Shown one piece after another: positions 17,838 through 25,828 of a stretch of 32,000 nt of DNA. The stretch covers positions 1,260,001 through 1,292,000 of the forward strand of contig NZ_CP010341.1 in NCBI RefSeq assembly GCF_000940845.1, in the 5' to 3' direction. Source of the DNA: Propionibacterium freudenreichii subsp. freudenreichii (GTDB lineage: Bacteria > Actinomycetota > Actinomycetes > Propionibacteriales > Propionibacteriaceae). Positions within the stretch are counted from its first letter, which is position 1; every line of letters begins with the position of its first letter. The notes below the pieces were generated by a model that saw only the letters and a list, made by a program, of their open reading frames with translations, did no database searches and was not told the origin of the DNA. Position numbers and translations under genes: made by a program.

Positions 17838-18140
17838 GCGGGTCAAGGCCCGGAATCCCTGCGAACGCGACCCGGCACAAAGGCCGCTCTGATTGGACCC
17901 AGAATTTACACCGGGCCCGACAAGCCTGAGATGGCGGACGCACGAGAGCAGGCCTCAATCATCATCGAGAGCTGCACCGACAGCACTTCGAGTCCAATCG
18001 TTGATCGCAACAATCATGTCGTCGAGAACGGCGGCGGAATTGCGCATCATATCTTTTTCCTCAGGAAAGATGTTGACAACAACCTGAAGATATTTGTTTC
18101 CTGGACAGGAAAGGTCGAAACATGCCCAGTCACCGCATAG
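17838..18140 (+). pseudogene. Either the 3' remnant of the IS-interrupted gene or an independent 69-aa ORF starting at ATG 17931
   Basis: The frame is open for 101 codons from the IS right end to TAG 18138-18140. It is in phase with the upstream lipoprotein ORF if the inserted DNA is 3n+2 bp (for example 1328 or 1331 bp). The segment is lower-GC (about 17930-18140) with C-biased third positions. Confidence 0.4.
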
Positions 18141-18949
18141 GAATTCGGACATTATTTGCCGCTCTTACCGCCGCGGGGCTTCTGATTCCCACAGCTGCTG
18201 CTGCGGATGGCAGGGGATTTGGCCGGACCACCGCATTTTCTGGTTCGGGGTCCACGATGCGCGTTGAGGCGTGGGCCGGTGGCACCACCGGAACCACCAA
18301 CACCGCAGGCACCACCGCAACAGAATTCGACTCCACCGCATGGACCCGCTGGGCCCTGTCCCCCTGCAGCACCATCATGAACCCCGCCGCCAACACCGGA
18401 GCCCTGTTCACCCCCGAAACCAAGAAACAAGCCGCCACCCGCCAGGGCATCGACTGCACCACACCCAACACCACCACGATCGCCACCACCGCACACCACG
18501 CGATCGCCACCATGACCCTGCCCGACACCACCATCAAACTCGACCCCGACCCCACCACCAACCAATGGCACGCCGCCGCGGTGGGACAACAACTGTGGTT
18601 CACCCTCGACAACCCCGGCCCCCAACACACCACCACCACCAACACAGACATCACCATCACCCTGACCGCAACACCCGGCCCCGTCACCATCAACCCCGGC
18701 GGCCACACCACCCCCATCCACTGCACCACCGGACGCCCACGACCCGCCACCACCAACGGCAACCAACCCTCACCAGTCTGCGGCACCAGCTACCAACACC
18801 CCGGCCACTACACCATCACCGCCACCCGCACCTGGACCATCACCTGGACCGCCCAAGGACACACCGGCACCGAAACCATCACCCGCCCCGCCACCGCACC
18901 CACCCTCGACGTCATCGAACTCCACTCCCTCCTCGTCCCCAACAACTAA
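18122..18949 (+). CDS. Secreted threonine/proline-rich protein of unknown function (signal peptide, 4 Cys)
   Basis: 275 aa. The signal peptide MPSHRIGIRTLFAALTAAGLLIPTAAAA-DG has an AxA site. GGAAAGG lies 7 nt upstream of the ATG. The start overlaps the preceding ORF by 19 nt. The mature part is dominated by Thr (ACC codons), with a more ordered C-terminal module (SPVCGTSYQHPGHYTITATRTWTITWTAQGHTGTE...LDVIELHSLLV). Confidence 0.65.
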   Translation: MPSHRIGIRTLFAALTAAGLLIPTAAAADGRGFGRTTAFSGSGSTMRVEAWAGGTTGTTNTAGTTATEFDSTAWTRWALSPCSTIMNPAANTGALFTPETKKQAATRQGIDCTTPNTTTIATTAHHAIATMTLPDTTIKLDPDPTTNQWHAAAVGQQLWFTLDNPGPQHTTTTNTDITITLTATPGPVTINPGGHTTPIHCTTGRPRPATTNGNQPSPVCGTSYQHPGHYTITATRTWTITWTAQGHTGTETITRPATAPTLDVIELHSLLVPNN

Positions 18950-19026
18950 CCCACACCCCCACCGCGCACCACCCCAACACCAGCGTTCGGGCAATTCCCC
19001 CCAACCCCCCACCCGAACCCACAACA

Positions 19027-19071
19027 AAGGCCGGGGACCGACCCCGCAATGCGGAACCGGCCCCCGGCCTT
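19027..19071. terminator. Long imperfect hairpin between convergent genes, a candidate bidirectional terminator
   Basis: The outer stem AAGGCCGGGG (19027-19036) pairs with CCCCGGCCTT (19062-19071). The inner stem is CCGC-AAT-GCGG (19044-19054). On the minus strand (the glgP transcript) it is followed by TTTGTTGTG. Confidence 0.5.
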
Positions 19072-19090
19072 CGTTCAATCAATCAGTGAA

Positions 19091-21661
19091 TCAGCGGTCC
19101 TGTTCGGCAACCGCAGCCGTGGCGACGGTGGCAAGACCGAGCTCAGCGGCATCGTGCAGCAAGGGGTGCTTGGGCACGACCCGCACGGTGTATCCGATCG
19201 AACCTGAGATGGCAGAGACCAGGTTGGCCCGGAAGAGCTGCCCCTGTTGGTCCACCTGATCGGTGGGCGCCAATTCGAAGATGCGCACATTGTGGATCTG
19301 GTCATCGGCGTCCACGTCGCCCGAAACAACCTGCACGCTGACGTCCGTGGGCTCCAGCGACCCGAGCTTCACCCATGCCGAGAACACATTGCGTGAACCC
19401 ACGGCCACCGGGTTGGGAAGATCGCTTTCCACCCGGTCGATGGCCACGCCATCCCACGCCTGGCGCACCCGCTGCTTCCACGCGGCCAGATTGGCGGCCA
19501 CATCGTTGTCCAGCAGCGCGCTGGCCGACTGGGCAGCCGGTGTGTACAGGTCGGTGACGTAGTCACGCACCATCCGGGTGGCGAGGATCTTGGGACCCAG
19601 TCCCTCCATCGTCTCGCGCATCATCGTGATCCACCCGGTCGGGAGTCCATTGGCGTCGCGGGCATAGAACTTCGGCACCACATCGCGCTCAATGATCTGG
19701 TAGAGCGACTCGGCCTCCATGCGGTCCCTCTCCTCCGGGGAGGCCGCATTGGTGGCCGAGGGAATGGCCCACCCGTACGCCGGGTCGTACCACTCGTCCC
19801 ACCAGCCGTCGAGGATGGACAGGTTTGCGGCGCCGTTGAGCGCCGCCTTCATGCCGGAGGTGCCACACGCCTCCTGGGGGCGCAGTGGATTGTTCAGCCA
19901 CACATCGCAGCCGGGGTACAGCGGGCGTGCCAACGAAATGTCGTAGTCAGGCAGGAACACCAGCTTTCCGCGGACCTCGGGGTCATCGGAGAACTGCACC
20001 ATCTGCTGGATGAAGCCCTTGCCGATGTCATCGGCCGGATGTGCCTTGCCGGCGATGACGATCTGGACCGGGTGCTCCGGATCGTTGAGCAGCTTCTTGA
20101 GGCGCTCAGGCTGCTGGATCATCAGCGTCAAGCGCTTGTAGGAGGCGCCGCGGCGTGCAAAACCGATCGTCAGCACGTGGGGATTGAGTGCATTGCTGAC
20201 CCACTCACTGCTCATGCCCCGGCTCTTGCAGCTGCGCACCAGGCGTTCCCTGGCCATCTTGATCATCTCGCCGCGCATCTGTCGCTTGAGTGACCACAAG
20301 GTGTTGTCGTCGACCCGGTCCAGGGCCGTGAGGTCCAGTCCGTCAACCACCGTCTCGGAGTCGCCGGTCTGTGCCTGCAGGAGCTCCAGCAGGTCGGGAT
20401 GGATCCAGCTCTGGGCATGGACGCCGTTGGTGACCGACCCGATCGGCACCTCGCTGACATCGAAGTCGGGCCACAAGCCCTGGAACATCTCGCGGCTCAC
20501 CTTGCCGTGCAGGCGCGACACGCCATTGGCGTGCTCACCCAGACGCAGACCCATCACGGCCATGTTGAAGCGGCTGGGGTCACCACCCTCATAGTCCTCA
20601 GCGCCCAGTGCCAGGACGCGATCGATGGGCAGGGGGGTGAAGTCACCGAACTCATTGGCGACCTGCTCGTTGCCGAAGCGGTCGATGCCGGCGGGCACTG
20701 GGGTATGGGTGGTGAAGACGTTCCCGGCGCGGGTCTTCTCCCACGCGGTATCAAAGTCATCACCCGAAGTCATGTACTCGCGGATCCGCTCGAGCCCGAG
20801 GAAACCGGCGTGGCCCTCGTTGCAGTGGTACACATCGGGATCGGGACGGCCCGTGACGCGGCAGAACGCACGAAGGGCCCGCACGCCGCCCACCCCGAGC
20901 AGGATCTCCTGGGCGAGGCGATGGTCGGCACTGCCGCCGTAGAGGCGATCCGTGATCGACCGTGCGGCCTCGTCATTGGCATCCACATTGGTGTCCATGA
21001 ACAACAGTGGGACGCGTCCGACCTGGGCCACCCACAGCTGGGCAACGACGGGTCGGTGGTTGATGGTGAGCGTGATCGTGACGGGCTCGCCGTCCTCGCG
21101 CAGCATCTCAACGGGCAGCTCATTGGGGTCAAGCACCGGGTAGTGCTCCTGCTGCCAGCCGGCCGCGTTGAGGGACTGGCGGAAGTAGCCGTGGGTATAG
21201 AGCAGGCCGACGCCGATGATCGGCACCCCGAGGTCGGATGCCGACTTCAGGTGGTCACCGGCCAGTACGCCGAGTCCGCCGGAGTACTGGGGCAGCACGG
21301 AACTGACACCGAACTCCGCCGAGAAATAGCCGATCGCCTTGGGGGCCTCCGGGTGGCGGGAGACGAATCCCTGGTACCACCGATCCCCCGAGACGTAATC
21401 AGACAGGTCGGCGGCGGCAAGTTCCAGGTGGCGCAGATAACGGCGGTCGCCAGCCAGTGTGTCCAGGCGCTCGCGTGAAGCGCGGGACAGCAGCTTCTGG
21501 GGGTCATGGGATGTCTCTTCCCACAGGACCGGATCGATGGCCTCGAACAGGTCCTGGGTGTCCTGATGCCATGACCAGCGCAAATTGCGCGCTAGGACGG
21601 CCAAGGGCTTGAGGGACTCGGGTAGGACCGGCTGAACAATGAATCGTCGAATAGCTCGCAC
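19091..21661 (-). CDS. glgP: Alpha-glucan (glycogen/maltodextrin) phosphorylase, actinobacterial GlgP type
   Basis: VRAIRRFIVQPVLPESLKPLAVLARNLRWSWH is the typical N-terminus of this roughly 860-aa family. It also has GGLGVLAGDHLKSASDLG, and the TSGMKAALNG pyridoxal-phosphate Lys region. The start is GTG 21661 (856 aa) or GTG 21667. The 922-aa track ORF is over-extended. Confidence 0.92.
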   Translation of the reverse strand: MRAIRRFIVQPVLPESLKPLAVLARNLRWSWHQDTQDLFEAIDPVLWEETSHDPQKLLSRASRERLDTLAGDRRYLRHLELAAADLSDYVSGDRWYQGFVSRHPEAPKAIGYFSAEFGVSSVLPQYSGGLGVLAGDHLKSASDLGVPIIGVGLLYTHGYFRQSLNAAGWQQEHYPVLDPNELPVEMLREDGEPVTITLTINHRPVVAQLWVAQVGRVPLLFMDTNVDANDEAARSITDRLYGGSADHRLAQEILLGVGGVRALRAFCRVTGRPDPDVYHCNEGHAGFLGLERIREYMTSGDDFDTAWEKTRAGNVFTTHTPVPAGIDRFGNEQVANEFGDFTPLPIDRVLALGAEDYEGGDPSRFNMAVMGLRLGEHANGVSRLHGKVSREMFQGLWPDFDVSEVPIGSVTNGVHAQSWIHPDLLELLQAQTGDSETVVDGLDLTALDRVDDNTLWSLKRQMRGEMIKMARERLVRSCKSRGMSSEWVSNALNPHVLTIGFARRGASYKRLTLMIQQPERLKKLLNDPEHPVQIVIAGKAHPADDIGKGFIQQMVQFSDDPEVRGKLVFLPDYDISLARPLYPGCDVWLNNPLRPQEACGTSGMKAALNGAANLSILDGWWDEWYDPAYGWAIPSATNAASPEERDRMEAESLYQIIERDVVPKFYARDANGLPTGWITMMRETMEGLGPKILATRMVRDYVTDLYTPAAQSASALLDNDVAANLAAWKQRVRQAWDGVAIDRVESDLPNPVAVGSRNVFSAWVKLGSLEPTDVSVQVVSGDVDADDQIHNVRIFELAPTDQVDQQGQLFRANLVSAISGSIGYTVRVVPKHPLLHDAAELGLATVATAAVAEQDR

Positions 21662-21807
21662 GTCCACAAGGCTAATGGGCACGCAAGCCGCGCGCCGATT
21701 CGCGCGAAGATGGACAGGACCCACCGCACGCTGCGGGCCAGCAATAATGGCCACGCCATTCGCGCCTGTCAGCCCCAGTTCGAGTCCGCCTTGGATAGCG
21801 TGGGGGC

Positions 21808-23922
21808 GTGGTCTCCAAGAAGAAGCGTCAGCGCAGTGCCCAGGCACGCGTCCGTTCACGGGTCACGGTGCAGGCGAGCGCTGACCCCAAGCCCACCGAC
21901 GCCCAGGCCCGGCCCACCGAGGTGCCACCCCAGCCAGCGGCCTTGAGCGTGCCTCCCCCCATTCCCCCCGGATTCGGCAGGATCCCGGTACACAATGTGC
22001 AACCGGTCCTTGAAGGGGGCGACTACGCGGCGAAGGCCGTGGAGAACGGTGACCTCCCGGTGACCGCGAACATCTTCCGCGAGGGTCACGACGCCGTCGC
22101 GGCAGCAGTGGTCCTCACCGACCCCGCCGGAGCCACCCAGCGCTTTGAGATGGCCCAGATCGAGCCCATCGGCCTCGACATCTGGAAGGCATGGATCAGG
22201 GTGGGGCGTCCGGGCGACTACAGCTTCCACATCGAGGCCTACGACGACCGCTGGGGTACGTGGCGGCACAACGCGGGGATCAAGTTCTCGGTCGGGCAGG
22301 ACATTGCACTGGTCTGCCTTGAGGGCCTCCAATTGCTTGATGAGGCGCGTGACGCCGCACGGGCCGCCGGCGACGATGCAGCGGTCACCCTGCTCGAGCA
22401 GGCAGCCTCCCAGCTGGACCCCGAACAGCCCATGACGGTGCTCGCATCATTGCCGACCCGCGAGGACCTGCACCAGGCGATGGTGCGGTGGTGCCCGCGC
22501 AGGTTGGCCACCCCCACCCGCGAATTCCCGCTCGTCGTGCACCGCAAGGCGGCACAGTTCTCCGCCTGGTATGAGTTCTTCCCCCGCTCCATCGGCGCCG
22601 AGCGCCATGAGGACGGCTCGTGGACCTCGGGCACTCTTGCCTCCAGCGAGGAAATGCTCGAGCACGTCGCCGCGATGGGCTTCGACGTCGCATACATCCC
22701 ACCAATCCATCCGATCGGCCACAGCTTCCGCAAGGGACCCAACAATTCCCTGACCGCCGGCCCCAATGACCCCGGATCCCCATGGGCGATCGGTTCCGCC
22801 GACGGCGGCCACGACGCCGTGCATCCTGACTTGGGCACGCTGGAGGACTTTGACCACTTCGTGGCCAGGGCCCGCGAGCTCGGACTCGAGGTTGCCCTGG
22901 ACTTCGCGCTGCAGGCAGCGCCTGACCATCCATGGGCCACGCAGCACCCGGAGTGGTTCACCACCCGGCCCGACGGGTCGATCGCGTACGCGGAGAATCC
23001 CCCGAAGAAATACCAGGACATCTACCCGCTGAACTTCGACAATGACCCGGCCGGCATCTACGCAGAGGTCCTGCGCCTCATGGAATTCTGGATCGGGCAC
23101 GGGGTGACGATCTTCCGCGTCGACAATCCGCACACCAAGCCGGTCAGCTTCTGGGCCTGGCTCGCAGCAGAGTTGCACAGCCGCCACCCCGAGGTGCTCC
23201 TCCAGGCCGAGGCCTTCACGCGCCCCGAGATGATGCACGCCCTGGCCAAGGTGGGATTCCACCTGTCATATTGCTATTTCGTCTGGCGCACCACCAAGCA
23301 GGAACTATCCGACTATCTCAATGAGTTGGCCCACGAGACCGAGTCGTTCTTCCGGCCGAACTTCTTCACCAACACACCCGACATCAATCCGAAGTTCACC
23401 AGGTCGGGAAACCCGGCCGCATTTGCCATCAGAATGATTCTTGCCGCCACCATGTCCCCGGCATGGGGTGTGTATTCCGGATTCGAGTTGTTCGAGCACG
23501 CCGCGCTGGTGGACGGTGGCGAAGAATACCTCGACTCAGAAAAATATGAGTACCGGCCGCGGGACTTCACCGCGGAACCGAACCTCAACCAGTTGATGAC
23601 GAAGCTCAACCGCGTACGCCACGACCATCCGGCATTGCAGCAGCTCAATCACACCACCGTGCTGGAAACCAGTTCCGATCAGCTCTTCGCCTTCGCCAAG
23701 CGCAGCGGCGACGACCGGGTGATCGTCGTGGTGAACCTGGACCCGGACAACACGGTGGAAGGCACGGTGTACACCGACCTCGGCGCCCTGGGGTTGCCCG
23801 CCGATGCCCGCCTGGTGGCACACGACGAGCTGACCGATACGGTGTTCGATTGGAATGCCGCCCACTACGTGCGGCTCTGGCCGGCACAGCCGGCGCATAT
23901 CCTGACAATCAGCTGGGCCTAG
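21808..23922 (+). CDS. glgE: Alpha-1,4-glucan:maltose-1-phosphate maltosyltransferase
   Basis: GRIPVHNVQPVLEGGDYAAKAV, FSAWYEFFPRS, MGFDVAYIPPIHPIG..FRKGPNNS, YAENPPKKYQDIYPLNFD and FRVDNPHTKP all match GlgE. The start is uncertain. GTG 21808 would give a basic/Pro-rich extension of about 55 aa ahead of the conserved core. Confidence 0.93.
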   Translation: MVSKKKRQRSAQARVRSRVTVQASADPKPTDAQARPTEVPPQPAALSVPPPIPPGFGRIPVHNVQPVLEGGDYAAKAVENGDLPVTANIFREGHDAVAAAVVLTDPAGATQRFEMAQIEPIGLDIWKAWIRVGRPGDYSFHIEAYDDRWGTWRHNAGIKFSVGQDIALVCLEGLQLLDEARDAARAAGDDAAVTLLEQAASQLDPEQPMTVLASLPTREDLHQAMVRWCPRRLATPTREFPLVVHRKAAQFSAWYEFFPRSIGAERHEDGSWTSGTLASSEEMLEHVAAMGFDVAYIPPIHPIGHSFRKGPNNSLTAGPNDPGSPWAIGSADGGHDAVHPDLGTLEDFDHFVARARELGLEVALDFALQAAPDHPWATQHPEWFTTRPDGSIAYAENPPKKYQDIYPLNFDNDPAGIYAEVLRLMEFWIGHGVTIFRVDNPHTKPVSFWAWLAAELHSRHPEVLLQAEAFTRPEMMHALAKVGFHLSYCYFVWRTTKQELSDYLNELAHETESFFRPNFFTNTPDINPKFTRSGNPAAFAIRMILAATMSPAWGVYSGFELFEHAALVDGGEEYLDSEKYEYRPRDFTAEPNLNQLMTKLNRVRHDHPALQQLNHTTVLETSSDQLFAFAKRSGDDRVIVVVNLDPDNTVEGTVYTDLGALGLPADARLVAHDELTDTVFDWNAAHYVRLWPAQPAHILTISWA

Positions 23923-23989
23923 TCATGCACCTTCGTGTCGTGATGACTCCCACCTCCCGCACCCTGACCGATGGAAGCCGATCTGCCCC

Positions 23990-25813
23990 GTGACATCTGA
24001 CCAGAACATGACGTCTGACCAGCACTCCGAGACCCCGCCCATCCGGGCCCTGCTCGGCGAGGACGAGGAACGCACCGCCGACGCCAGGGCCAAACTGGAG
24101 ATGGCGCTGAGCCTCACCCAGCCCACCGGCGCGGTGGACCCGCACGACACCAGTTGGTTCGAGACCGCCGTGTTCTACGAGGTGATGGTGCGCTCATTCG
24201 CCGACTCATCGGGCGATGGCATCGGTGACCTGGCCGGACTTACCGAGCACCTGGACTATCTGCAGTGGTTGGGCGTCGATTGCCTGTGGCTGCCACCGTT
24301 CTTCGCCTCACCGATGACCGACGGTGGCTATGACGTCGCCGACTACCGCGCGATCTCCCCCGACCTGGGCACACTGTCCGAATTCGGCGACTTCATTGAC
24401 AAGGCCCATGATCGCGGCATCCGGATCATCATTGACTTCGTGATGAACCACACCTCGGACCACCATCCGTGGTTCGAGGAGTCACGCCGACACCCGGACG
24501 GCCCCTACGGCGATTTCTACGTGTGGCGCGACAACCCGGATGGATATCCCGACGCCCGCATCATCTTCATTGACACGGAGACATCGAATTGGACCTTTGA
24601 TCCGGTGCGCGGCCAATATTTCTGGCACCGGTTCTATTCCCACCAACCCGACCTCAACTACGAGAACCCCAAGGTGCTCGCCGAGATGCTCGACGCGCTC
24701 AGGTTCTGGCTGGGCTTCGGGGTGGACGGATTCCGTCTCGACGCCGTGCCCTACCTCGTCGAGGAGGAGGGGACCAATTGCGAGAACCTGCCCGGCACCC
24801 ACGACATCCTCAAGCAGGTGCGCAAGATGGTCGATGAGGAATTCCCCGGTCGCATCCTGTTGTGCGAGGCCAACCAGTGGCCCCACGACGTGGTGGAGTA
24901 CTTCGGCGACAACGACGAGTGCCAGATGGCCTTCCACTTCCCGGTGATGCCCCGGCTCTACATGGGCGTGGCCCGGCACACGCGCGAGGCGATCACGACG
25001 ATCCTGGCCTCAACTCCCCCGGTACCCCAGGGGTGCCAGTGGGCGACGTTCCTGCGCAACCACGACGAACTCACCCTCGAGATGGTCACCGAGGATGACC
25101 GTCAATACATGTGGCGTGAGTATGCGCCGGACCCCCGGATGCGCCTCAACCTGGGAATTCGGCGCCGCCTGGCGCCGCTGATGGGCAACGATCCCGACAA
25201 GATCCGGCTCATGAATGCCATGTTGCTCTCGCTGCCCGGTTCCCCGGTGCTCTATTACGGCGACGAGATCGGCATGGGGGACGACATCTGGCTCCACGAC
25301 CGCGATGGCGTGCGCACGCCCATGCAATGGACCGCCGATCCCTCAGCCGGTTTCTCCACGGCAACGCCGGACAAGTTCTTCCTGCCACTGCTGGCCGACC
25401 CCTACAGTCCCCAGCAGGTCAATGTCACCGATCAGATGGCTGATCCCGGATCCCTGCTGGTGTGGATGCGTTCCATGCTCACCACCCGACGCCAGTTCCC
25501 GGTGTTTGGGCGCGGTGAGTTCATCGACATGGGTGGCCAGAACGATGCGGTGCTCAGCTTCCTGCGGGTGCTCGACGATGACAAGCACGGCTCACAACGC
25601 CTGCTGTGCCTCAACAACCTGTCGCCCGAGGAACAGGACGTCCTGCTCTACCTTCCCGATGATGCCGGCACGAAACCGGTGTCGCTGCTCACGTCGCAGG
25701 CCATGGCACCCATCGCGGCCAACGGTGAGTTTCACGACACCCTCCCCGCTTGGGGCTTTGCATGGTTGGATTTGAGCAAAGGCTCGGACGAGCACGAGCA
25801 CGAGTCCGAGTGA
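23990..25813 (+). CDS. treS: Trehalose synthase / maltose alpha-D-glucosyltransferase
   Basis: WFETAVFYEV.VRSF.DS.GDGIGDL.G, DFVMNHTSDHHPWF, GFRLDAVPYL and FLRNHDELTLE are canonical TreS GH13 motifs. The start is GTG 23990 or ATG 24008, because the N-terminus is a tandem duplication. Confidence 0.95.
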   Translation: MTSDQNMTSDQHSETPPIRALLGEDEERTADARAKLEMALSLTQPTGAVDPHDTSWFETAVFYEVMVRSFADSSGDGIGDLAGLTEHLDYLQWLGVDCLWLPPFFASPMTDGGYDVADYRAISPDLGTLSEFGDFIDKAHDRGIRIIIDFVMNHTSDHHPWFEESRRHPDGPYGDFYVWRDNPDGYPDARIIFIDTETSNWTFDPVRGQYFWHRFYSHQPDLNYENPKVLAEMLDALRFWLGFGVDGFRLDAVPYLVEEEGTNCENLPGTHDILKQVRKMVDEEFPGRILLCEANQWPHDVVEYFGDNDECQMAFHFPVMPRLYMGVARHTREAITTILASTPPVPQGCQWATFLRNHDELTLEMVTEDDRQYMWREYAPDPRMRLNLGIRRRLAPLMGNDPDKIRLMNAMLLSLPGSPVLYYGDEIGMGDDIWLHDRDGVRTPMQWTADPSAGFSTATPDKFFLPLLADPYSPQQVNVTDQMADPGSLLVWMRSMLTTRRQFPVFGRGEFIDMGGQNDAVLSFLRVLDDDKHGSQRLLCLNNLSPEEQDVLLYLPDDAGTKPVSLLTSQAMAPIAANGEFHDTLPAWGFAWLDLSKGSDEHEHESE

Positions 25814-25828
25814 ACAGGAGGCCCACTG

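Larger units (their letters stand above)
16510..17838 (+). mobile_element. IS3-family insertion sequence (about 1.33 kb), ends uncertain by about 2 bp
   Basis: The left end TGATCTTGGACACGCTG (16510-16526) and the reverse complement of the right end, CGATCGTGGACACGGTG (17838-17822), match at 14/17 positions. Internally, orfA (HTH) and orfB (DDE) are in the 0/-1 frame arrangement typical of IS3. No clear target-site duplication could be read. Confidence 0.85.

Noticed and set aside
16946-17929. 327-aa alternative frame inside the IS (and 16082-16921 minus, 279 aa)
   Set aside because: These overlap the clearly identifiable IS3 OrfB and OrfA. The translations are Arg/Pro-rich without transposase motifs.
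17955-18152. 65-aa minus-strand ORF (MSEFLCGDWACFDL...) in the lower-GC patch
   Set aside because: It is antisense to the plus-strand frame, which has a stronger C-bias at third positions and is translationally linked to the downstream gene. I cannot fully exclude it, since there is no SD evidence either way.
18130-19089. Three additional long ORFs overlapping the Thr-rich gene (18130-18786 -, 18152-18766 -, 18271-19089 +)
   Set aside because: They are open only because the plus strand is almost T-free, so there are no stops in any frame. Only the 18122 frame has an SD, an ATG, a signal peptide and a non-repetitive C-terminal module. The His/Arg/Pro-rich and Gly/Val-rich translations of the other frames look non-biological.
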